Source of the DNA: Macrostomum lignano
Lineage: Eukaryota
DNA length: 64,000 nucleotides
Assembly (NCBI GenBank): GCA_002269645.1
Contig: NIVC01001380.1
Coordinates: 1 to 64,000 of the forward strand
Direction of reading: 5' to 3'
Shown: positions 1 through 9,640 of the stretch, in pieces
Numbering within the stretch: the stretch's first letter is position 1
How the letters are laid out: each line of letters begins with the position of its first letter
Position numbers and translations under genes: made by a program
Notes under the pieces: model-generated
The model's input: the letters and a program-made list of their open reading frames with translations, nothing else
Databases searched by the model: none
Told to the model about the DNA's origin: nothing

Positions 1-120
1 CTTTATGAAATCTCTTTTTGATACATTTCCGAAATTTACGACATCGTAATAAACGCTTCGTACTCGTACGCATAAGGTATAATCTTCGCTAAAACTTACA
101 AACCAATGCATACTACTCAC

Positions 121-1551
121 CCAATTATCGTAGGCACCATCATGTGAAGCCGCCTCTTTCTCTCCACACATCCAGCATAAATTTTCTTGGTCAACCGCCC
201 TGAGGAGCAAAGTTTTCCACAATTCCAAACGGCTCAGAGCCATCTCTCTTGGTGCCGAATTGATATTTAGTGAGCTATCGGATAGTAGCAAATCAGCGAA
301 TTTACACACTAGCACTCCGCAGCTATTCCGTCCTGCTGAATCGAGTGCTTTATAGTAATAGCTGCATTTCATGCCAGCCAAAGCAGTGTCGAACGGAGCT
401 GAGGGCAGAATAAAACACGAGCAGTATAGAACAACAAACATAATGGAATGCGTTAGTTTCCTGTCTAATCAGCAATCAGTTTAGTAAAAAATAGAGTACT
501 AATATAAGTAATTAGTACTCGTGATAAGAGGTGACTGTTGGGTCGCGCAGGTCGTTTGGTATTGATAAAATATATTAAATAGACATTCGGCGCCAGTGAT
601 CCGCCCTAGATACGAGTATCTTAGGCAATCTGGCAATTCAACCAGTGTCGCGAATAGTAGCTAAAAAGGTAAGATCCTTGACACAATATCATGAGGCAAG
701 GTCATGAGCGTCATGACTCGGGTACTTGATCGCGACTGACTGGCGGTCATTGTGGTGGACTGGCCAACCCTAAAATTGCCTACAATTTTTCTTAAGCGTC
801 ATAGTTTCGTACAGGCAGTACAAACCAGTGTTCTGTGCTGGGGTGGGTGTGGGTCGAGATGGGTGTACTCGTATGCATGCTTACCTGCTTGCTCCCCCCT
901 GTAGAGCTTTATTAAAACTGGTCGTGTGCCTGGCGCTTCACTGGTGCTCATTTTTCCAATTTTTAACCCGCATCCATTTTTTGCTAATTTTTTTACCAAA
1001 GAACTTCTGTGTTGACGTCTTGATGAATAATTAAATAAATTACCGATAATTAACGATTAACGATAAATTACCGACAATCAACAAAAGATGGGAGTGAGAC
1101 ACAAACGACAGTTTAGAATACTTTCAAATACTTGCATTGAGACAATTTAAATACTTTGAGCACCAACTTACTTTAAGTTAGCACATATTGAAATGTTAAG
1201 TTGCTCGGATGACAAAAGAGGATCCAAAACTGCTACATTGTGCCGCTCCAGGTCCACGAACAAAAGCATAAAGTGTTGGTTGCGATATATTGTACCAATT
1301 ATCGCTTTCTTTGCCTAAAACATGGGAAAGTCAATAGTTTCAATATTTAGTCAATAAGACACGATGCCATAATCGATAAACTACGGTAATGTCTGCACAT
1401 CAATCATAATGCTAACATTGTGCAGCTTATCGATCAATTCAGCTGTGAATTGATCTTCCACTCCACGAAAGAGTATGTCGACTTCATAGTGCAGTAGAAA
1501 AGCCGCACCGTCATGCTGAGAAGCCACGGCAGCAAGAAGTGCATTAATAAT
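121..1551 (-). pseudogene. Ulp1/C48-type cysteine protease C-terminal part plus start of a PHD-like finger (frameshifted, intron-containing)
   Basis: After acceptor ttcccacag the minus strand reads IINALLAAVASQ (from 1551). It then reads IIGTIYRNQHFMLLFVDLERHNVAVLDPL (His at 1273-1275) and KHSIQQDG-[1-bp shift]-NSCGVLVCKFA (Cys at 319-321). LCWMCGE...DNW ends at donor gtgagt (120). Confidence 0.75.
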
Positions 1552-2221
1552 CTGTGGGAAGGATGCATGGATTACATGGTAGCGTACTGTTTCAGAAGAG
1601 AACATATAGAAAAGAAACACAAGGATCAGCATTCGATGAGTCTTTATGCAACGCGTTTCGAACCATTATCAATCAAGTTAAATAGAAAACTGCAATAAGA
1701 CTCAGTGGAAAGGCATTGTACGCAAAAACCGGACTGGATTGATCTGATGCGCACCATGCCTTTCCACCCTAACTTGTGCACCCAGTTTTGTATACGAGTA
1801 CTAAACTTTGACTCCTTCGTCAACTGTAATAATTTTCTTTTCCTTGTCAACTGTTTTTTAACAAGTTCTTTTCTTCTGTTTTCAATTAATAAATAATTGA
1901 GACCTGACGATGTCCATAGTGTATGAAATGCATCGACTATAGAATCTCTTTGCAGAAGTGACAAGTCAGGTAGAAAAATCTGCTAACTACATATTGATGA
2001 CATCATAGTATGGGGAAAGACTCGGGAAGAGCACGACCAAGCAGTCCGAAATCTTTTGGAGCAATGCAGAAAAAAGAACCTGACTCTGAACAGGCAAAAG
2101 ACGAGCATTGGCAAAACTGAGCTTCGATTTCTTGGACACATACTAACTGACAAAGGTGTGAAAGTAGATCCACAAAAAGTAAACAGCATCAAAGAAATGC
2201 CGCACCCAAACAGTTTCGAAC

Positions 2222-2860
2222 GGGTCCATGAGAATTGCCCGCAGACTAACCGCCCGCCGAGATTTGCCCGCAGGAGATTTGCCCGTGGAGATTTGCCCGC
2301 CGAGCTTTTCCCGCGGAGATTTGCCCGCAGTGCATTTTGCCCGTGAGCGAATTGCCCGTGGAGATTTGCCCGCCGAAAATTGCCCGCCGAGATTTGCCCG
2401 CAGTGCCCACCAGCGAGCGAGCGAGTTGCCCTTAATTTGCCCGCGAGCGAGTTGCCCGCCGAGTTTTTTCCCGCCGAGGTTTGCCCGCAATGCTTTTTTC
2501 CTGCAGCGCATTTGGCAGCTAGATTCTGTCTGTATTGCCCCCCCCCAAAAAAATATGCATTTAATATGCAGTTACTATCAAAACGTTTTGATCGTGTAAA
2601 TCTCTTTATTGAGATTAACACGTACTAAGCATTGGGAAGGCAATGCAGACAAAATCTGCCGCGTCGCTAAATGCGCTGCAGGAAAAAAGCACTGCGGGCA
2701 AACCTCGGCGGGAAAAAACTCGGCGGGCAACTCGCTCGCGGGCAAAATGCACTGCGGGCAAATCCCCGCGGGAAAAGCTCGGCGGGCAAATCTCCACGGG
2801 CAAATCCCCCGCGGGCAAATCTCGGCGGGCAATCTGTCTGCGGGCATTTCTCGTGCTCCC
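2222..2860. mobile_element. Foldback MITE with 9-bp TSD (MULE-type), inserted in Gypsy pol
   Basis: Direct repeat gtttcgaac at 2213-2221 and 2861-2869. The 25-bp TIRs are gggtccatgagaattgcccgcagac and gggagcacgagaaatgcccgcagac (4 mismatches). Arrays of ttgcccg subterminal repeats are oppositely oriented in the two arms. Confidence 0.9.
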
Positions 2861-3351
2861 GTTTCGAACAGCGTGCTGAAAAGCAAGCGCAGCTCCAACG
2901 GTTTATTGGTAGTGCAAATTACTTGTCAAGATTCATAGTGAATTTTTCGGTACTGACAAGTCCTTGAGAGAAAGAATCATGAAGAAAGAATCCGAATGGG
3001 TGTGGACCAATGACCAACAGAAGGTACGCAAGCCTGCGGCGTCCATTGTGCCGGCGGCCCCCCTTGATGTCTCCGCAGCCTGCGAGTCTGCCGCCATCCT
3101 GCCGCTGCCCGAAGGAGGCAACTATCGACCTCTCGCAACAGCAGAGTTGCCTGAGACCCCGGCAGCAGAGACGGGCGTTGCTGATGCTGGTCCTGAAGCA
3201 GCTACCGAGGAGTGGACGGTGCCGCGGAGATCGGCCAGGCTGCGATTCAAGCCGGAGAGGCTGACCTACAATTGACTGATTGCAACTGATGATCGCTTGT
3301 TTTGCTTTTTTTGATGACACCTTCCGTGATCAAGATCTTAGTGGGAAGGGG

Positions 3352-3736
3352 TGTGATGACGTACAGTGTAGTGTGGTGTGAGAGGGGGTTGGGGGAAGTG
3401 GGGTAGGAATGTTCATTATCGCGATGCGTCACCCATTGCTTGCTTGCTGTTCCTTCCTTCCTTTCCTTTTCCCCTTTTGGTTTGCGTACATGTATGAGAG
3501 ACCCTCGAGGGTCTTTGTTGCTTGCGTACGGTGCTCGCTAAATATATAGAAGCGACTGGCTCTTCCGGAGCCTCAATCTTACTTCTGCAGTAAACACGGT
3601 CTACAAAATAAAGCTTACTTTCTTTGAAATAATTCACAGAACTGATTGTCAATTGAGCATATCAAAAGGATTTAAGAATTGAGCTGTAATTAAAAGACTT
3701 TAAAGGACACAAGACCAACACCAACTTACCGTGACA
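3352..3736 (+). repeat. 3' LTR of the Gypsy remnant
   Basis: Starts TGTGA right after the PPT and ends GTGACA at the junction with MULE coding sequence. Contains TATA-like taaatatata (about 3539) and aataaa (about 3606). Confidence 0.7.
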
Positions 3737-4839
3737 CTGATCCAACTGCGCTCGCTAAGAAGAGAATCGCGATCGAAGCGCCTGATACAGAATTTTCCAT
3801 ACTTTTCTTGGGTTGAGAAACAAGGCACGAGCTCTTCCTTAGTAAAATTTTCATCTCTGTTTTTTTTGGATTTTGCACTGGCAGTAGGAAGAATTTTGAG
3901 GCGTTTTGAGTCACTGGTGATGAATTTTCTTGACGTAGCGGGACACTTAGAATTTTCTTTTTTGTCCATAAAATGAAAAAGTTGATTGATGCTCGTCGAA
4001 ACTAAAGGGTTTTTAGTGCTCTTTAACTCGACAGAAGTCTGTCTGCGATTGACCTGTGCACTGTTGGCCATCCTACGTTTAGGTTGCGCCCTCTTGCCCA
4101 CTCTCGTTTTTAGCTGCGTGCTCTCTGTCGTCCTTGGATTGAATTGCGCGCTCTCAGCCATCCTCCGCTTCGGCTGTGCACTCTCAGCCATCCTCCGCTT
4201 CGACTGCGCACTCTCAGCCATCCTCCGCTTCGACTGCGCACTCTCAGCCATCCTCCGCTTCGGCTGTGCACTCTCAGCCATCCTCCGCTTCGACTGCGCA
4301 CTCTCAGCCATCCTCCGCTTCGGCTGCGGACTCTCAGCCATCCTCCGCTTCGGCTGCGCACTCTCAGCCATCCTCCGCTTCGGCTGCGGACTCTCAGCCA
4401 TCCTCCGCTTCGGCTGCGCACTCTCAGCCATCCTCCGCTTCGGCTGCGGACTCTCAGCCATCCTCCGCTTCGGCTGCGCACTCTCAGCCATCCTCCGCTT
4501 CGGCTGCGGACTCTCAGCCATCCTCCGCTTCGGCTGCGCACTCTCAGCCATCCTCCGCTTCGGCTGCGGACTCTCAGCCATCCTCCGCTTCGGCTGCGCA
4601 CTCTCAGCCATCCTCCGCTTCGGCTGCGGACTCTCAGCCATCCTCCGCTTCGGCTGCGCACTCTCAGCCATCCTCCGCTTCGGCTGCGGACTCTCAGCCA
4701 TCCTCCGCTTCGGCTGCGCACTCTCAGCCATCCTCCGCTTTGACTGCGGACTCTCAGCGATCATTCGTTTTGGCTTCGAACTCTCGGCCATCATCCGTTT
4801 CGACTGCGCACCTCGGCCAGCTTCAGTTTGATTGGGCAC
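3737..4839 (-). pseudogene. MULE repeat linker and N-terminal start of the Ulp1-like domain, cut by the Gypsy LTR
   Basis: AESAQPKRRM decamer repeats are followed by KYGKFCIRRFDRDSLLSERSWIS, which matches the Ulp1 entry motif (..D..L....WLxD). The frame reads into LTR sequence exactly after WIS. Confidence 0.7.
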
Positions 4840-5340
4840 TCTCGGCCATTCTCAGTTGTGGCTGCGCACTCTCGGCCATTCTCAGTTGTGGCTGCGCACT
4901 CTCGGCCAATCTCAGTTGTGGCTGCGCACTCTCGGCCAATCTCAGTTGTGGCTGTGCACTCTTGGCCAATCTCAGTTATGGCTGCGCACTCTTGGCCAAT
5001 CTCAGTTGTGGCTGTGCACTCTTGGCCAATCTCAGTTGTGGCTGCGCACTCTTGGCCAATCTCAGTTATGGCTGCGCACTCTTGGCCAATCTCAGTTGTG
5101 GCTGTGCACTCTTGGCCAATCTCAGTTATGGCTGCGCACTCTTTGCCAATCTCAGTTGTGGCTGCGCACTCTCGGCCAATCTCAGTTGTGGCTGCGCACT
5201 CTCGGCCAATCTCAGTTGTGGCTGCGCACTCTCGGCCAATCTCAGTTGTGGCTGCGCACTCTCGGCCAATCTCAGTTGTGGCTGCGCACTCTTGGCCAAT
5301 CTCAGTTGTGGCTGCGCACTCTCGGCCAATCTCAGTTTTG
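4148..5340. repeat. Two adjacent 30-bp minisatellite sub-arrays inside the transposon coding region
   Basis: Unit A ctctcagccatcctccgcttcggctgcgca (about 4148-4800) and unit B ctctcggccaatctcagttgtggctgcgca (about 4840-5340) are 23/30 identical. Confidence 0.97.
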
Positions 5341-6170
5341 GCGCAGTCTCGGCGTATGAAAACGCAACCTCTGTAGACGGATTTGATCTCTTCGCCGCAG
5401 TTATCTGCCTTAACAGTAATAAAAGTATTCTTGGAAAGAGTGGCAGGCGGACTTAGTGCACACGTTGGAGTTTCAGATTTCGGAGCAAATCGGTGCTCTG
5501 ATTTTCTTGCAGGACGCAGTTGGCTGCACTTAAACGGTAGCTTTGAGGCAATTTTCCCGCCTAAGTAAGAGGGTTTTGAAACTCTGGAGGCCCAAGGGTC
5601 CCCTTTGGGAACGTGAGGTGCCTCTTCATTTACCTTGCGACGTCTTGGTCGCCGAGGTGGAAGAACAGTCTGCTGATTCTTTTTGACTCGACTAATGCGC
5701 TCTAGTACACATTCGAGTTGTGCCCGTAGAAAGTTTCCAATCAACAAACGCGTGCCACTTTTACGACGCACTCTAGCTTTTACCCAACGAAACCAGGATT
5801 CAACAGGTGCGTTCGTTAGGTGCGTGCTAATAGGCGTTCCTTTGAAAACACACACGCTCCAAATCGGCAGAAGCGGTAGATAAAGTTTAAAGACTTTTTG
5901 CATAGCCTCTAGAGAAAAGTTAGGATTCAACTCTTTTGCCTCGGTATTGATTGGCTCAGGAACACCGAAAATTCCTGAAAAGGGTGAACTTGATCGTAGT
6001 GTTGTAGCAGCTTCCGAATCTGGAGGATCAACTGAAATTCCTGATTGATTTTCCTCTTCAGGATCCGGCATTTCATTCACAAATTCATGACAGCTAGATG
6101 GCAAGGAAGCTTGTACTGATGAAGCACTTCGAAAGCGTCTTGCACAACGGACGTTACATACTGGCTGCAA
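4791..6170 (-). pseudogene. MULE transposase, C-terminal part
   Basis: YLPLLPIWS...HLTNAPVESWFRWVK carries the third catalytic Glu (TNxxxES). It overlaps the upstream ORF in another frame, so there is a frameshift or a short intron. Confidence 0.8.
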
Positions 6171-7474
6171 AATAGACGAAGCATGGTCTCCCAGACCGAC
6201 TTCGCTGTTTCTAAACTATCAGCAGTAATAAGATTGGCAAAAAAGATAAGAAAGTTTTTTTTCGTTTCTCTGTTTTTGATAGCGATCGTCATTGCAACAC
6301 GATGCATTAGATGCGAACTGCAAATGAATACAAGTGGGTACGATGGAGGTTTAACGTCCCATGAGGTTAGTCGCTTGAATTGCTTTCTTAAATACGTTCC
6401 TAGATCCATTATGGCAGCAGCACGAAGAACGCCATGGAGAAAGACCCAGCTGAAGTCGATAACATAAATACGCGGGCCAACCTTTGACACTTCCCAAACA
6501 CCTCGGTCTTGAAACCGGGCAAAATTGAGCAGAAAGGATTCAATCCACGCGGATATATCTTCGGTCTTCGTGGACTCCAATACCGCCTCTGCTATTGGCG
6601 TTGCCACAACAGATTCAGATTCAGAACTAACAACTGCGCTGCAGAGCAGCACATTTTCAGGTATAAGTTCCGATTTTCGTACGAGCCCACCAGTTGCGTC
6701 GATGTGGACTGGAGCGTAGGGATTCCTGGCAAGTAATTGGCGCAAAAGAAATTGTTGTTCCGCGCAATAAATAACGACTCCAAATGGAGCCGTACTGATA
6801 CGCTGAATAAATCCAGATACAGCGTCTTCCGATACTAGCGATATTTTCCAATCTAACATTTGCTTGCGCAAATCTTCGTGCTCGTTTTGGCTTCTTCTAG
6901 AAGCATTCTGAATACGACTACATGCTTGTCGCACTGACGCTAAGGAACATATTTTACCTGACTTAAAATGCTGCAGGCTTCCCTCGTAAATTTCAGTCGG
7001 TCTTGCGTCTTTGCATGCCGCCTTACTCGCGACAAATTCTCGACACTCTTGTGAACCATGCTCCCACAGATGGCGGACATTGTCGTTTGGAAGAATCACT
7101 CTGTGGCCGCTGTGCTCGTTTTTCTTTTGCAACCTTAAGTTAACACTGTCAATCAGAGGCAAATCTGCCATCGACAACGTAATAACTGTCTTGCAGCCTG
7201 CTGATTCAGCGCAAACTAGTCGTAATAAATAACTGTTGCTGCCCTTCCTACGAAGACTTGTTCGAATGATCTCTTTGTTAACATGAAATATTCCGAATTC
7301 ATTTATTTCTCGCAACTGAGGAAATACGACTTCGTGAAGCCATCTGCGATCGAGTTGACCAGTTTCTTTACAAAAATATGTAGAAAATACGGCAGCAGTA
7401 ATTGCGATTGTGACTTCTTGATCCTGAAAAAGGGCTTTCATAGTAAAATTCGTAATATGATATCGTCTAGGCAA
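6077..7474 (-). pseudogene. MULE transposase, N-terminal part (Zn-finger-like C..C..H..H and DDE core)
   Basis: VHIDATGG (first Asp), YVIDFSW (second Asp), FICSSHL (CxxH), and upstream CAESAGC...HSGH. Confidence 0.88.
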
Positions 7475-8994
7475 AGATACCGACGATTAAGTTCATTAAA
7501 TAATACTTTAAAAAATTTAAACCTGAATGTAAAATGACACTAAAACCTGCTCAGGAAGATTTTAGTCTCCTTAGAATTTAGTTATCACTTGTGTGATTAC
7601 CTTGGCAGTGTCGTAGGGTTGTTTAAAAAGATTTGGCAGCCCCATTACCCTCTATTCAGGTAGATACAATTATCTTTCTTAAATGCCTACTTCATCCATA
7701 ATGGCTAATCCTTCGTCTTAAAATAATAATTTGTTTGATTCTCGAATATTTGGGTATTGCCTTAAGCTGCAGGGAATTGCAGGGAATCCTCATTAAGCTC
7801 CATTAAGGGGATTGCTGAGATGTCAGGCTTATGGGGGGATTGCTGACATACATACGCAACCTCTGAAATTACACTGGCCGTGTGACTTAGTTTTCTATCA
7901 AAAAATGCGACGTACCCATGAAAGAAAGCTAAGAAAATAAACGTACTTTTAGGTAAACAGCAGGAGTAACTATCACCTTATTTTTAAGGCTAAATGCCTC
8001 GCCAGCTAGTTTTTTTACATAGTCTGTGCAGATTGTTTTAACAGCTAATCACTATGCCCTCTAGTGGCGGCCTGTGAGACAATTTGTAAATTGTCTTAAT
8101 ACACTGTAGTGAGCATACACAGTACTACACAAGTCATGATTCTTGAATGCCTAGAAGTAAAAGTGAGGTGAATACAGTATGATACAATTCACAACGTATT
8201 CACCAATAGCTCAAGAATAATTCCACTTGCTAGATGATTTGGCATGGAAGATGAGAGTCCTGATTTAGATGGCTCATCAGATGCAGGATACGAATCCAGT
8301 AGAATAGTAGAATCCAGTATAATAATAATTCCAAGTCTGCTTTACAATGATCCTAGGTCTAGTTTTCAATGGTTTTAAGTTGTTAAAAATCCCACTTATG
8401 GTTTTCAATTAGATAAAGTTAGGTTTACCCACATATACCATAGTTAATTAGACTGTGCAATACAATACAACTAACTCATTTTTGTATTAAAATCACTGTA
8501 TATGCCTTTCCAAGAGAAAGAGAGATAGTGTTTTCAGAGCTTTTTAGAAGTTTGCATATATTTGAAGTGCAGACTTTTCCATCTCTATAGAATTACTGGC
8601 TAGCATTTCCATTTAATACAATTTCAAGTATAAGATTAAATTCATAAGCTAAAAAGATCTATTTAAGTTAGAGAAGCACTATGCAACTCACTGCTAGTTT
8701 TCTAGAATTCTTCTAGTTAGCAACCTTGTTTGGCCTCTGGTATAATAGGTGAATAATCTAGCTTTTATGTTTTTTCTTTATAAAATGGAGCAATCCCTTT
8801 GAAAGATGTCAATAATAATACTATATTGCAAAAATTTGATTGAATGATTCAAGTCAGAAGAAAATCTATTCATGTGTTCTTTTTCTTATTAATTTCCACC
8901 GTGGCTACATTGGCTTAACCTTCAGTCTATAAAAGTTTTACTTTAAGGCTGGAAGTGCTTTTTATTCTAGGCTAGAATATTTTTCTTCACTAAT

Positions 8995-9640
8995 TCTTCT
9001 CTTCTCTCTCGTCTGCTCTTTCATCTCTTCTTTTTTTTCTTTTATTTTTTCTCTCTTATCTCTTCTCGTTTCTATCTGCTCTGCACTTTCTCTCTCTCTC
9101 TCTCTCCCTCTCTCTCTCCTCTCCAATCTCTCTTCTCCTCTCTACTCACTCCCCTCTTCATTCTCCTATTTCCTCTTCTCTCTTCCTGTCTCTCCTCTCT
9201 CCTCTAGTCTCTGTAATCTCTTCTCTCTTATCTCTCCTTTGTTCTCTGTACTCTCCCATCTCTTGTCTGTTCATCTGCTTTCTTATCTGTCATCTTTACT
9301 CTCTTATACGTTCACTCACTTATCTCCTCTGTATTCTTCTCTTTCACCTGTTCTGACTCCTCTCTTTCCTCTGTTATCTTCTTTCTGCTTTCTCATCTCT
9401 ACTCTCTTCTCACTCTTCTCTACTCTCTCTCATCGATCCTCTGTCTCATCTCTCCCCTCTTCTTACCTTTACTCTTTCCTCTCCCTCCTTTCTCCCCTCC
9501 TCCTCCCTTCTTCTCTGCTCTCTCCTCCCCACTTGTCTCTCCTCTTATATTCAATGTTTTCTCATATCCCCCTCTTGCCTTTCATCTCTTCTATTCCTTC
9601 TATTCCGTCTATTCCTTCTCCTTTCCACTCTTATCTGGCC
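8995..9640. repeat. CT-rich low-complexity tract
   Basis: Near-pure pyrimidine plus strand with degenerate (CT)n and CTCTT motifs. Confidence 0.9.

Larger units (their letters stand above)
1925..3736 (+). mobile_element. 5'-truncated, internally deleted Ty3/Gypsy LTR retrotransposon
   Basis: RT reads ANY/(H)IDDIIVWGKTREEHDQAVRNLLEQCRKKNLTLN...LRFLGHILTDKGVKVDPQKV (about 1985-2212). It resumes after the MITE as AQLQRFIGSANYLSRF...EWVWTNDQQK and is joined directly to a pol tail, RRSARLRFKPERL* (ends 3275). PPT agtgggaagggg is at 3340-3351, then the LTR. Confidence 0.9.
1..7861 (-). mobile_element. Degenerate Mutator-like (MULE) DNA transposon with transposase, Ulp1-type protease and PHD-like tail; runs off the left edge; right boundary tentative
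   Basis: MULE catalytic motifs lie in the ORFs at 6077-7474 and 4791-6170. Ulp1 motifs lie at about 3737-3800, 1180-1551 and 300-360. A GG-starting terminus with subterminal repeats (gggattgctga x2) at 7770-7861 is only a candidate TIR, because its partner would be outside the window. Confidence 0.8.

Noticed and set aside
8055-8067. CTCF-consensus-like tgccctctagtgg
   Set aside because: A single 13-mer in decayed sequence with no supporting context; the host may not even encode CTCF.
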